A stretch of 64,000 nucleotides of DNA from Candidatus Terraquivivens tengchongensis (GTDB taxonomy: Archaea; Thermoproteota; Nitrososphaeria_A; Caldarchaeales; Wolframiiraptoraceae): positions 188,197-252,196 of the forward strand of contig JALNJZ010000001.1 in assembly GCA_023261845.1 (NCBI GenBank), in the 5' to 3' direction. The position numbers and the translations under genes are program-made. This document shows positions 28,135 through 38,638 of this stretch, piece after piece. The first letter of the stretch is position 1, and each line of letters starts with the position of its first letter. Under the pieces are notes generated by a model. That model was not told the DNA's origin. It searched no databases and saw only the letters and a program-made list of their open reading frames with translations.

Positions 28135-28818
28135 TTGCATTATCCATCGTGTAATTTAGAAGAAAGTATGAGAAGGGTTAGAGAATTGGAGTCCTTAGGC
28201 ATCGATTCATTAATGACGACGGAAAACGGTTTGCTACTTATTGGAAAGGGCTTCAGGAGTGTGGTCCTCGTTGGTACGTTGGATAACAAGCTTGTTGCCA
28301 TAAAGGTGTTGAGGAGTGATTCGCCTGTTAAGTCCATGGAACATGAGGCGAAAATGCTTGAGATCGCCAACAGCGTTAACGTAGGACCTCGCCTATTCTT
28401 TTACACAAAAGGTTTCATAATTATGGAATATATCCCTGGTTCTGAAATAAAATCGTGGATTTCTTCTTTAAGTTTTGAGTCTTCCGAAAAATTAAGGAAG
28501 GTCCTCAGGTCATGCTTCGAGGATTGCTTTAGACTTGACAGCATAAGTCTAGATCACGGTGAACTCTCTGATGCATCTAAGCATGTGATAATCAGCGAGG
28601 GGTTGAAACCCGTCATCGTAGATTTCAGTAATGCTAGCACCACCAGAAAGGTATCAAACGTTACGTCGTTCCTTAGCTATATAATGTATGGCAAGGTTGC
28701 ACAAACCATTAGGCAAGTTTTAGGGATAAGGATGCAGAACATTGATATTGTAAGAACATATAAGCAGCGTATTTCAGAGGAAAACTTCAACCAGTTGATG
28801 ATAAGCCTCGGGTTATGA
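28135..28818 (+). CDS. Archaeal Ser/Thr protein kinase (RIO/Bud32-like fold)
   Basis: IGKG..SVV, VAIK, E, VGPRL, MEYI.G, DHGELS, IVDF. Start codon uncertain. Confidence 0.8.
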   Translation: MHYPSCNLEESMRRVRELESLGIDSLMTTENGLLLIGKGFRSVVLVGTLDNKLVAIKVLRSDSPVKSMEHEAKMLEIANSVNVGPRLFFYTKGFIIMEYIPGSEIKSWISSLSFESSEKLRKVLRSCFEDCFRLDSISLDHGELSDASKHVIISEGLKPVIVDFSNASTTRKVSNVTSFLSYIMYGKVAQTIRQVLGIRMQNIDIVRTYKQRISEENFNQLMISLGL

Positions 28819-28850
28819 ACAACATTTATTAGCTACATTGTTGTAAAATT

Positions 28851-29219
28851 TTGGTGATGTCTGTTAAAAGTAGCGATAGTATAGGATGGGAAATCGTTTC
28901 TGATGCTGTTAAAACTGAGATGAAGTGGCTGATAAGTAGGCACGATGGTGCTGAAAACTTCGAGATGAGGAAGTTTGTGATAAAGGCCGGAGGACGGATG
29001 CCAAAGCACATACATCCGGACATGGAGCACGAGCAGTATGTATTAAAGGGGAACTATTTGGTGGGCATAGGTGATACGACATACAGAGTCAAACCTGGAG
29101 ATGTTATATTCATACCACCGAACGTGCCACACTGGTACTCGAACCCTGGACCTGAAGATGCTGAATTCATATGTGTCATACCCAAGCGTGAAACCATCAG
29201 GACAATAAAGCTGGAATGA
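28851..29219 (+). CDS. Cupin domain protein
   Basis: PKHIH...EHEQYVL.G and PGD..FIP...PH metal-binding motifs. Confidence 0.9.
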   Translation: MVMSVKSSDSIGWEIVSDAVKTEMKWLISRHDGAENFEMRKFVIKAGGRMPKHIHPDMEHEQYVLKGNYLVGIGDTTYRVKPGDVIFIPPNVPHWYSNPGPEDAEFICVIPKRETIRTIKLE

Positions 29220-29438
29220 AAAACGACGCTTTGTAATCGTTCAACGTCAGAATGACTCGCAGAAAAACACCTATGCAAACATGAAACCTTCAAACTTGTT
29301 ACGTTATTACGTTCAATTATTATTGTAGTTTTTTAGTGGTTCAAGATCAAGTGTCAAAACTAATGAGGAAGTACCAAAGTCTCCAGCGTAAATGTTTTTG
29401 TCCTGATTAACGTCAAAGTATGGTATGGGTAGTGTTAT

Positions 29439-30167
29439 ATGTGCGTAAATGCATCAAAAGACGAAATAAGAAAAACCATATGGAAATTGCTTGAAGAGAA
29501 GGGTGTAGCGAGGTTTCCAAAGCCCATATTTGGAAGAATTCCAAACTTCGTTGGTTCAGAAGAAGCAGCACATGTATTATGTCGTACGTCCATATATAGA
29601 AAAGCCGAAGTCATAAAGGTGAATCCAGATTCGCCCCAGCTTGAGGTCAGACGTGCAACGCTTAGGGATGGAAAGATGCTTCTGATACCAACACCGAGAT
29701 TAAGTGCAGGTTTTCTGTTACTTGACCCGAGGAGGATACCTAGCAGCAGTTTAGATGAGGCAGCCACTATAAAGGGCAGCTTTAAGTTTGGTAAGCCGGT
29801 ACTACCCTCGGAGATTCCTAACGTAGACCTAATTGTCTTGGGTTCGGTAGCTGTATCCCGGGAAGGTTGGAGACTTGGTAAAGGCGAAGGGTATGGTGAA
29901 ATAGAATACGCTATATTGAGGGAGTTTAAGAAGGTTGATGATAACGTTCCTGTTGTAACAACTATTCATGAGCTCCAAATTGTCGAATGTGTACCGCATG
30001 ACCGCTATGATGTGCCCGTTGATTACATAACGACCAGAAGCAGTTTCTATGAAGTTAAGCCACGTAAGGCAAAGCCCAGCGGCATATATTGGGAGTGCTT
30101 ACCAGCCGAGAAAGTAAAAGAAATACCCATACTCCAACAACTTTTGAAAGATAAGAGGCGGGTTTGA
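29439..30167 (+). CDS. 5-formyltetrahydrofolate cyclo-ligase family (MTHFSD-like)
   Basis: RIPNFVG, KVNPDSPQ, PTPRL, GSVAV...G.RLGKGEGY, DVPVD.I.T. Confidence 0.88.
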   Translation: MCVNASKDEIRKTIWKLLEEKGVARFPKPIFGRIPNFVGSEEAAHVLCRTSIYRKAEVIKVNPDSPQLEVRRATLRDGKMLLIPTPRLSAGFLLLDPRRIPSSSLDEAATIKGSFKFGKPVLPSEIPNVDLIVLGSVAVSREGWRLGKGEGYGEIEYAILREFKKVDDNVPVVTTIHELQIVECVPHDRYDVPVDYITTRSSFYEVKPRKAKPSGIYWECLPAEKVKEIPILQQLLKDKRRV

Positions 30168-30168
30168 T

Positions 30169-31155
30169 ATGGTAGAACTGATCTTGGCCGCGGATATCGG
30201 CGGTACGGTGATAAGGGTAGCCATTGCTGATTTGCAAGGACATATACTTGAGAAGGCAAGCACACTCGTCCCAAAAGGTCCTGACGCTAGAGCAGTTCCT
30301 TTGAAGGTGCTCGAACTCTGTGATGCTTTATCTACTAAATACGGTGGCAGACGTTCGATATCTAAGGTATCCATAGCGGCAATAGGTCCTTTGGATATGA
30401 CAAAAGGGGCGATAGTTCGACCCGCTAATATGCCATATGACGTTGTCCCTATAATGGACGTTCTTTGTAATTACTTTGATGCTACATTTATTCTTTTGAA
30501 CGATTGCAATGCAGCTGTGATAGCTGAAAAACGTGCTGGAGCTGGAAAGTATGTGGACGATGTTGTTTACATCACTATAAGCTCTGGGATTGGTGGCGGC
30601 GCAATACTCGACGGTAAGCTAATTTTAGGAAAGGATGGAAATGCCGCCGAGATAGGACATACCGTTGTGGACATGAGCATTGGTATGGTGTGCGGTTGTG
30701 GAAAAAAGGGACATTGGGAGGCTTATTGTGGTGGAAACTCTATGCCTAAGTTCGCAAAGTTTCTTGCAGAGAATAAATACAATAACATAAATTCAACGCT
30801 TGCCCGTAGGTTGCGAGAGGGTACATACAACATTTCGGCTAAAGACATATTCGATTACGCGAGATGCGGCGATGAATTTGCGCTTATATTTATCGATACA
30901 ATTTCTGAGATAAATGGAGCTGGTGTTGCAAACGTTGTGGATGCATTCGACCCGTCTATAATATCAATCGGCGGCAGCGTAGCCCTCAACAATGTTGACC
31001 TTGTGGTAGATAAGCTTAAGCCATTCGTGGAACAATACGCACTTAACCGTGTCCCAGAGATAGTTCCTACACCGTTGGGTCACGATGCACCCCTCATAGG
31101 AGCTATATTAGCGGCGATTGACCCGCCTCCCAAATCAGTTTTTAAGACTCTTTAA
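30169..31155 (+). CDS. ROK family sugar kinase (glucokinase-like)
   Basis: DIGGT, NDCNAA..AE, SSGIGGG, AEIGH, CGCG..GHWE, IGGSV. Confidence 0.92.
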   Translation: MVELILAADIGGTVIRVAIADLQGHILEKASTLVPKGPDARAVPLKVLELCDALSTKYGGRRSISKVSIAAIGPLDMTKGAIVRPANMPYDVVPIMDVLCNYFDATFILLNDCNAAVIAEKRAGAGKYVDDVVYITISSGIGGGAILDGKLILGKDGNAAEIGHTVVDMSIGMVCGCGKKGHWEAYCGGNSMPKFAKFLAENKYNNINSTLARRLREGTYNISAKDIFDYARCGDEFALIFIDTISEINGAGVANVVDAFDPSIISIGGSVALNNVDLVVDKLKPFVEQYALNRVPEIVPTPLGHDAPLIGAILAAIDPPPKSVFKTL

Positions 31156-31199
31156 GCCATAAAAAATTTGAAATATAGCTAAAAGGAACTATGCCACCA

Positions 31200-31303
31200 G
31201 GGGCCGTGGTCTAGCATGGTCTATGACTCCGCAGAATCACTGCGGGGTAGAACACTCCAGCCTGGGGCGCTGGAAATCCTGGGTTCGAATCCCAGCGGCC
31301 CCA
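31200..31303 (+). tRNA. tRNA-Pro(GGG) with a 28-nt intron (31226-31253) at position 23/24 in the D arm
   Basis: GGGGCCG/CGGCCCC acceptor stem, CCAGC-CTGGGGC-GCTGG anticodon arm, CTGGG-TTCGAAT-CCCAG T arm. BHB with TCTA/TAGA helix and TGA/ACA bulges. Confidence 0.92.
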
Positions 31304-31321
31304 CTAACACGTTTGTGGTTC

Positions 31322-32611
31322 TCAAGATTCTTCAGTAGCTTTACCATATTTTGTAAGCCATTTAAACTTCAGCTTCGCAGTTAAGATTTTCTCCGTAGCG
31401 AAGAGCCGGGAAGCTGCATACATGAGAACTACTGTGAAGAAAAAGACATAAAGTATACCAATGACTGGTGTCACATAATCGCCCATTACGACCGCTTTTG
31501 ACGCTATTATTGGATGGCTAAACGGTATTGCATATAAAATCAGCCTAACTGCATAGGGCAATGCACTAATGTCTATGTACATCAAAATAAAAGTTGGAAT
31601 GAAAATTATGGGATAAATATTTCCAACAAGTGATTGTGCACCTCTAACATCCCCTGCAAAGGCTGAAAGAATAACGGCCAAGGCTAAAGCTGAAAGTATT
31701 GTGACAAAAAGTAATGTACCTAAAAGCACATAACCCAAGAAGGAAGGGACTAATCCTAGCGAGGCCAAATCCATAACAAAACTCGGAGAAGCTCTGCTGA
31801 TTAACGATTGCATAAAATACGCATAACCTATTATATATGCTGCCGCACCAACAGCTGCAATTATCATGGAACCTGCGAGCTTACCGAAAAGTATTGTAAG
31901 ACGGTCTATTGGTAACGTTAAAAGGGTTTCTAAAGTTTTTTCTTCCTTCTCTATCGCCACGGATGTTGCAGCTATTTGTATAGAATAAAGCAAAAGGATC
32001 ATTATGGCGATAGGTAAGACGATAGATTGGGACATCATTAATCCTGACACGACAGCAGGGTCAACGTTATGTTTAATCTCTCCTTTAATTATTGTTGACT
32101 TTTTAACGTTAAGGATGTCGGGTGCCAGCGCTCTGTTAAATTGTGCAACTACAGCATCTATTGGTAGGGATCTGGCAGCATCAAAAATGTTTGTGGTTGT
32201 AATATGTGCATAAAATTTAACAGAGGCCATTATGTTAGGATCTTTGGTATGTGTTGTTACATTCATACTGAAACCACTTGGAATTTCTAAAACCTGAGTT
32301 ACATTGTACTTTGACAAAAGCTCCAAGAGCTTATCATCACTTAACTTAACATTTTCTTCAATAAATATTCTGGCTCCCGAATTTAAAAGGAATTTTATAA
32401 AAGCATAAGACCATTCTCCGCCGTCATTGTTTATAACAACAAAGTTAGCTTTTGCTGCACTCTCCTCCGCGGACTGTATAACATAACCCATTACACCACC
32501 TAAAACTGGAAATAGTATGAGTGGTGCGATAAGTATTCCTAGGAGTATTTTCGGGTCTCTGGCAAGTTCCTTAAGTTCTTTCAATAAAAAGTTTCTAAAT
32601 CCTTTAAGCAA
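31322..32611 (-). CDS. ABC-2 type exporter permease (NatB-like)
   Basis: KELKELARD, EKEEKTLETLLTLP...GK, multiple TM helices. TTG at 32611, overlapping the ATPase stop, preferred over 32656. Confidence 0.88.
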   Translation of the reverse strand: MLKGFRNFLLKELKELARDPKILLGILIAPLILFPVLGGVMGYVIQSAEESAAKANFVVINNDGGEWSYAFIKFLLNSGARIFIEENVKLSDDKLLELLSKYNVTQVLEIPSGFSMNVTTHTKDPNIMASVKFYAHITTTNIFDAARSLPIDAVVAQFNRALAPDILNVKKSTIIKGEIKHNVDPAVVSGLMMSQSIVLPIAIMILLLYSIQIAATSVAIEKEEKTLETLLTLPIDRLTILFGKLAGSMIIAAVGAAAYIIGYAYFMQSLISRASPSFVMDLASLGLVPSFLGYVLLGTLLFVTILSALALAVILSAFAGDVRGAQSLVGNIYPIIFIPTFILMYIDISALPYAVRLILYAIPFSHPIIASKAVVMGDYVTPVIGILYVFFFTVVLMYAASRLFATEKILTAKLKFKWLTKYGKATEES

Positions 32612-33359
32612 GTCTGACCACCTTGGCAAAAACCTCCTCCAAGTTTTCACTTTCAAATTTTTCCTTGAGCTCTCGTGGCGTTCCCTCGGCTACTATCTTG
32701 CCCTTGTTTATCAAAGCGACTCTATCACAAATATGCTCGACCTCAAGCATGTTGTGACTCGAAAGAAGGACCGTTACCCCATATTCTCTAACATATTTCT
32801 TTATTGTTTCCCTAACATGATAAGAATGAATGACGTCTAAACCACTGGTGGGCTCATCAAGTATGGCCAGCTTCGGCTTGCTCATAAGTGCCCTTGCCAC
32901 CAAAAGACGGCGCTTCATACCTTTGCTGTAAGTGCTCGTTTTATCCTTTAACCTCTCGCCCAGTCCGGAGATTTTGGCAGCTTCCTTAACCATTTTACGT
33001 ATCTCTTCCTCATTCTTCGTGTAAAACTTAGCCATGAACTCTAAGTATTCCCAACCCGATAGGTATCTGTAAGCACCGGCTTCCTCCGGAAGATAGGAAA
33101 TGATTTTGCGGACTGTGTCAGCATTTTTTACAACATCTAGCCCAAAAACCCTTACTGTACCATAAGTGGGTAGGATGAGTGTTGAAATTATCCGTAAAGC
33201 TGTCGTCTTTCCTGCCCCATTGGGGCCTATAAGCCCAAACACTTCTCCAGGCTTCACTTCAAAGCTTAATCCATCTAAAGCACGAATATTACCAAAGATT
33301 TTTGTAACCCCTGAGACCTCTACGGCCATACTTGCAACAAAATTCACGGCTTCCATCAT
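32604..33359 (-). CDS. ABC transporter ATP-binding protein
   Basis: GPNGAGKTT, YSKGM, ILDEPTSGLD, SSH. Confidence 0.95.
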   Translation of the reverse strand: MMEAVNFVASMAVEVSGVTKIFGNIRALDGLSFEVKPGEVFGLIGPNGAGKTTALRIISTLILPTYGTVRVFGLDVVKNADTVRKIISYLPEEAGAYRYLSGWEYLEFMAKFYTKNEEEIRKMVKEAAKISGLGERLKDKTSTYSKGMKRRLLVARALMSKPKLAILDEPTSGLDVIHSYHVRETIKKYVREYGVTVLLSSHNMLEVEHICDRVALINKGKIVAEGTPRELKEKFESENLEEVFAKVVRLA

Positions 33360-33517
33360 AGTGTTGCTTGGATTTAAATTTAAGTAATAGATTAGACAAA
33401 CAGGCTACATTATGTAAACAATTGCTGAGCTAAAACGTCGTAAAAAATAGCTAAAATTTATTACGACATCTTAAAATCCAGCGATATCTTTACATGTAAG
33501 GTTGATGATGTTTTGGT

Positions 33518-34129
33518 ATGGATTTAAGGGTAGTGGACGGTCGTCGATATCTGACTCTAAGCTGGTCCGATATAGAGGTACTTATTGACAAGTTGGCTGA
33601 GCAAATCTCTTCTATATACGAGCCTAACATGCTCATAGGAATTCTTAGAGGGGGAGCGATAGTTGCTAGCATGCTCTCCGACGTTTTGGATATGCGCGAA
33701 GTCTACACGATAGGTTGCAGGTCTTACACAGGGGTCGAAGAAAGGGAGACGGTCGTAATATATCAACCCCTCTCGTTAAACTCTTTATGGGATAAGAATG
33801 TTCTCATAGTTGACGATGTGGTTGATACTGGTGAAACTATGAAACACATAGTCCAGCATATTAAGGGGTTTAACCCGAGAAATGTTAAAACTGCAACGTT
33901 GCATATCAAACCTCATACTTCCTTCGTTCCTGACTTCTACGTTGAAAACGTCAATGCTTGGATAGTTTACCCTTGGAGCACTAATGAGTTTGTAAGAAAC
34001 TTAGCATCAGAGATGGTCCCAAGGCTCGGAATATCTAGAACTTTCGAGGAGATTAAAAAAATAGTTTCGAACATAGACGTAATAAGAAGAAATTTACCAA
34101 GTGAGAAAATAAAGGACAGAGAACGGTAA
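33518..34129 (+). CDS. Type I phosphoribosyltransferase (purine PRT-like)
   Basis: LRGG, VLIVDDVVDTGET PRPP loop, WIVYPW. Confidence 0.9.
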   Translation: MDLRVVDGRRYLTLSWSDIEVLIDKLAEQISSIYEPNMLIGILRGGAIVASMLSDVLDMREVYTIGCRSYTGVEERETVVIYQPLSLNSLWDKNVLIVDDVVDTGETMKHIVQHIKGFNPRNVKTATLHIKPHTSFVPDFYVENVNAWIVYPWSTNEFVRNLASEMVPRLGISRTFEEIKKIVSNIDVIRRNLPSEKIKDRER

Positions 34130-34186
34130 GGCCCAAGTGTTCTGATTTCTAGAAATAAATGTTTCTTTGATTAGTAAAATTCTGAG

Positions 34187-34948
34187 GTGAATGGCATGGA
34201 TGTAAAAGCCGGTACACGAGATGTAATTGTCTATACTGTTTTAGGTCTGCTGGCCGCAGTCGCAATAATTGCCATCATAATGAACGTGCTTGTCATAGCG
34301 AGCGGTGGAGAAACATACATTCAGCAACAAAAAGAGGAGGAGAGGCTCGTAACAATCACAGGTTCTGCTAAGATATACGCAGTACCAGATATGTTCACAG
34401 CCACACTTGGTGTTGAGACTTTTGCAAAAACCGCCATGGATGCTGCCAATGAAAATGCTAAAATAATGAATGGAGTGATGTCTGCACTGAAAAGTATAGG
34501 TCTGGCAGATAATGAAATCTCAACATCAACATATAATATATATCCTGTATACGACGAAAATGGCAGAGATGTGATCGGTTTCAGGGTAATTAACATGTTG
34601 ACAGTCACTACCAATAAGTTGGACATAGTTGAAAAAATTGTTGATGAATCTATCAAATCCGGGGTTAACCGAATATATGGTTTGAACTTTTACCTTTCTG
34701 AACAGAAAGGGAAGCAACTTAAGCTTGAGCTCGTAGAAAGTGCACTGAAAGATGCTAGAGCTAAGGCTGATGCACTTCTTAAACCGCTCGGTCTTAACAT
34801 CGCGGGGGTCAAGACAGCCTCTATAGTTGAATGGTATGAGCCGATCTATAAAGCAGAATATTCAACATCAACAGCTGGGACTCCGATCGCACCTGGTGTG
34901 ACAAGCGTAGCTGTAAGTGTTCAGGTGACGTATATCATCGAGACATAG
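34187..34948 (+). CDS. SIMPL (DUF541) domain protein, membrane-anchored
   Basis: N-terminal TM, ITG......PD, A...N, I.P.Y, A..DAR.KA, PI.PG...V...V.V.Y. Confidence 0.88.
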   Translation: MNGMDVKAGTRDVIVYTVLGLLAAVAIIAIIMNVLVIASGGETYIQQQKEEERLVTITGSAKIYAVPDMFTATLGVETFAKTAMDAANENAKIMNGVMSALKSIGLADNEISTSTYNIYPVYDENGRDVIGFRVINMLTVTTNKLDIVEKIVDESIKSGVNRIYGLNFYLSEQKGKQLKLELVESALKDARAKADALLKPLGLNIAGVKTASIVEWYEPIYKAEYSTSTAGTPIAPGVTSVAVSVQVTYIIET

Positions 34949-35098
34949 GCACTATTAACTCAAACTTTATTGTCTATAAACTGATTTTGCTGTTTAGACT
35001 TTATTCCTTAATCTTTGGAATGCTTTTTTTGTTTTAAAATAAGCAGTGGATGAAAAACAATTTAAATATTACTTAATTTTTTAATTTAATTTAAGTGA

Positions 35099-35416
<318 letters not shown>

Positions 35417-35507
35417 TAACTTCGCATAAATTAACGTGTAAATTTTCCTATCATCTTTCTTTTTATGTTTAAAGTTTTTCGATATATAATGTTCGAAAGG
35501 AGTAGCC

Positions 35508-36398
35508 ATGGATTCTCGGCGTTTTCGGTTTAGAGAAGTTAGAGGAGTCTCGTTGGTTGAAGCACTATTTGCTGGTATGCTCTTTGGCACCGCCTCTATA
35601 TTCATAAGATTCCTCCCAATGCTTGACGCTCCCACCATAGGCTTTTACCGATTAACGATAGCTGCTGCCTTCTTGACGATGATTAATTATGTACTCTTTA
35701 GACCTCATGGCTTAGAGCTTGTATCATATTTTAAACATTCCGTGCTGCTCGGCATACTCCTAAGCCTCCACTTCATTTTCTTTATATCAGCTGTTAAAAA
35801 TACAACAGTAATGAATGCAACAATCTTAGTGAATACGACGCCCATATTCGCTACGATCATAGGTTTAGTGTTCTTTGGTATAAAACCGACTTTTGTAACA
35901 CTAGTAGGCATACCTATCAGCTTCATTGGAACATTCCTAATCGCATTATCGACCGCTTCTTTAGTTCCCGGAAATTTCAGAGGTGATTTGGAGGCATTAG
36001 TGGCCGCCTTCCTTTGGGCGCTTTATCTGAACCTAGGAAGACCTCTGAGAAAAAAAGTTCCGCTACTTGTGCTCATGCCATTCGTATACATTGTCGCTGC
36101 TGGAATAATGTTTCTACTTATTTGTTTATATGGTAACAATCTTTATGTCCCTAGCCCTTCCGAATTCGCGGTCTTGTTGGTCCTGGCACTCCTGCCTACT
36201 GCATTGGGTCACACACTACATTTTTCTTCTTTGAAGGGCCTGACACCTTTTCAGGCTGCTACGACTGCCCTACTCGAGCCCGTGGTGGCCTCCTCCCTTG
36301 CAGCTTTACTCTTCTCGGAGATACCACACCCGGTTTTTGTCGTAGGGGCAATTGCCACTCTCATTGGAATATTCTTAGTCTCGAAAGAGATAGCTTAG
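35508..36398 (+). CDS. DMT/EamA family transporter
   Basis: About 10 TM helices, two EamA repeats, GD..AL, LEPV. Confidence 0.9.
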   Translation: MDSRRFRFREVRGVSLVEALFAGMLFGTASIFIRFLPMLDAPTIGFYRLTIAAAFLTMINYVLFRPHGLELVSYFKHSVLLGILLSLHFIFFISAVKNTTVMNATILVNTTPIFATIIGLVFFGIKPTFVTLVGIPISFIGTFLIALSTASLVPGNFRGDLEALVAAFLWALYLNLGRPLRKKVPLLVLMPFVYIVAAGIMFLLICLYGNNLYVPSPSEFAVLLVLALLPTALGHTLHFSSLKGLTPFQAATTALLEPVVASSLAALLFSEIPHPVFVVGAIATLIGIFLVSKEIA

Positions 36399-36511
36399 TA
36401 GTACCAAGATATGATCTTCGCTAATGTGCATCGTAAGCAGATATAAAAATATATTAAAGAAGTTTTTATTTTAAAACCTTAGCAAACCTCTGCGGCAAAT
36501 GGTGCGTATGG

Positions 36512-36763
36512 TTGGAGACAAAATACTTAGTGAAAGTTGAACAGTTAGAAAAACCTCCAAAACCATCAAAGGAGAGTCTAGAACTTCTAAAAGGCACTAT
36601 TAGCAAGAAGATGCTGTCTAAGATGAAGAAAGAATGTATCAATTGTCCTATCGTCGGTCGCTATGTTCCTTTCCTAGACTGCTTTGTATGCGTTTCGTTT
36701 ATAAGGAGGGTAAAAGGCGAAGTTCACTGCGCTGGCATAGAATTTAGGCTCAAAACCCAATAA
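36512..36763 (+). CDS. Small hypothetical protein, possibly Zn-binding
   Basis: 83 aa with C..CP...C..C...HC. Fills the intergenic gap. TTG start. Confidence 0.6.
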   Translation: METKYLVKVEQLEKPPKPSKESLELLKGTISKKMLSKMKKECINCPIVGRYVPFLDCFVCVSFIRRVKGEVHCAGIEFRLKTQ

Positions 36764-36769
36764 ACACAT

Positions 36770-38560
36770 CTACGTTTTGAATACCTTTATTTTCTTTCCA
36801 GTTGTTAGGGCATTCATCAAAGCTTTACCGCTACTGCTATACTTTGAGACTTTTACCTTACCCCTTTTGCCTACTATGGCAGTTAGTATGTGTTCACCGT
36901 CTACGTAAATATTTACTGTCTTACCTATTATATTCTCGTCAAAAAGTATATCAACAGTTTTTCCAGATTCGACGACTTTGAATTGTACTTCTTCACCTGT
37001 TGTCGGAGTAAGCAATTCCACATCTAATCTTATTCCAAGCTCTTCTTCTAACTTCTTGATCGTCTCACCCCGCCTTCCTATAAGTCTCGGCATATTCTCA
37101 CTACTTACCCTCACTATCGCCCTATCTGTTGATATGACTTCTACTTGGGCGTCTGGATCAAAACGGCTTACGGCTGCCAATATCCTATCCTTTATATTGC
37201 TCAGCTTTCGCTTAACATCCGATACCGCGACTATAACGTTTTCATCGCCAAACGTATATATCTCGTACTCTAGCCTTCCAGTCTCGAAGTCTCTTACTTC
37301 AACTACCGGTCTCGCTAAGTCTGCTTCAACCATTCCCGTCGGGACCCTGACCGTGAGACTCAACTCATAGACCTGCTTCACTTCCCCATCTTTCAAGAAT
37401 ATCACTGTATCAATTATATGCGGTATCATTCCTAACTCAACTCTTCCTATGAAGCGTTGTATAGCATCAACTGTGTTGCTGGCATGGACGACACCTATCA
37501 TACCAACACCAGCCAACCTCATATCAGCAAATATCTGAAAGTCCTTTTCCTTTCTAATCTCGTCAAATACTGTATAATCTGGTCTCACAAGTAACAATAT
37601 CTCTGCCGTCTTCTCGAAGTCACCCTCTAACGGCCCATATTGGGTAATCTCAGGGCCTACTTGTAAGTCCCTTGGCGATTCGAGTGTCTTCACTATTTTC
37701 CCTTGTCTTGCATAGAATTCTGCAAGGCTGGAGGCAAAGGTCGTCTTTCCACTACCAGGCTGGCCTGCTATGAGTATACCCTCAGCCCTGTTCTTTAACC
37801 TTTCCATAAGCTTCTGGGAGAGATGATAATCTTCTAGCGTAAGCTTCACGATTGGACGAACTATCGTCACTTCTAGACCGTCAGAGAACGGTGGTCTTGC
37901 GATTGCTATTCTATAAGGACCCATTTGTATGACGAGGGCACCACTTCTAACTATCTCTACGCTACCATCTTCCCTCGATCTAGCAGCCTCGATTATCCCG
38001 TTTATTATCTCGGATATTTCTTGCTGAGTGCACGGTTCATCCCTAAGCTTAACCAACTTTAAGTTTCCCGGTTTTCCTACTTTAGCCATAGGTGGTGCGT
38101 CTTCCTTGAGATGAAGACTTAGCGTATCGGGTGTGAAGTATTTTTCGAATAAGAGTTCAAATTTCTTTGGCTCGGTAGGTATATAGCGCACCGGTATTCC
38201 TTCGGCTTCGGCTACTAAAGCTTGCACGTAATCCGACGTAAAGAGTGTTGCACCCTCATTCTTGGCAACATCCCTTATTAGCGCATCTATCCTGCCACTC
38301 CTTGCCAGCTTTATATCCTCTAACGATGGTCTTTCACCGGAAAATCTTATGGGTATATTTTTTTCTGCGCAAATCTCTCTAATCCTTTTAAGTTCATTCA
38401 GACCGATGAAGCCAGGTTCACGTTTCTTTGATGCCTGAGCTTGGAGCTCATCCACGACTGCGATGGGAATTATAACTTCGCACTCCTTCAGCTCCCCTGA
38501 CTGAAGATGTTCCGTAAGTTTGCCGTTTATCACTATGCTAGTATCAGGCACGATTTTCAT
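36770..38560 (-). CDS. PIN-domain/KH-domain ATPase (PINA, PINc/VapC family ATPase)
   Basis: N-terminal PIN (VPDTS..., DALI), GQPGSGKTT, ESPRDLQ, RPDYTVFDE, GVVHA, KH motif LIGRRG. Confidence 0.92.
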   Translation of the reverse strand: MKIVPDTSIVINGKLTEHLQSGELKECEVIIPIAVVDELQAQASKKREPGFIGLNELKRIREICAEKNIPIRFSGERPSLEDIKLARSGRIDALIRDVAKNEGATLFTSDYVQALVAEAEGIPVRYIPTEPKKFELLFEKYFTPDTLSLHLKEDAPPMAKVGKPGNLKLVKLRDEPCTQQEISEIINGIIEAARSREDGSVEIVRSGALVIQMGPYRIAIARPPFSDGLEVTIVRPIVKLTLEDYHLSQKLMERLKNRAEGILIAGQPGSGKTTFASSLAEFYARQGKIVKTLESPRDLQVGPEITQYGPLEGDFEKTAEILLLVRPDYTVFDEIRKEKDFQIFADMRLAGVGMIGVVHASNTVDAIQRFIGRVELGMIPHIIDTVIFLKDGEVKQVYELSLTVRVPTGMVEADLARPVVEVRDFETGRLEYEIYTFGDENVIVAVSDVKRKLSNIKDRILAAVSRFDPDAQVEVISTDRAIVRVSSENMPRLIGRRGETIKKLEEELGIRLDVELLTPTTGEEVQFKVVESGKTVDILFDENIIGKTVNIYVDGEHILTAIVGKRGKVKVSKYSSSGKALMNALTTGKKIKVFKT

Positions 38561-38638
38561 GACGCTTCTCTCTGTCTGGAAAATCTTAACGGCAATATAT
38601 ATTTGAGTTAACCAAGACTATTTGAGGGGCGTTCCGCT

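Noticed and set aside
13307-31310. An 18-kb integrated element bounded by the two tRNA-Pro 3' ends
   Set aside because: Both copies are complete tRNAs, no integrase is present, and the interval holds core genes (glmS, nadE, rpo12, cca, cdvBC).
33503-33554. TGATGA...CTGA spacing resembling a second C/D sRNA
   Set aside because: No internal D'/C' boxes, and it overlaps the PRTase start.
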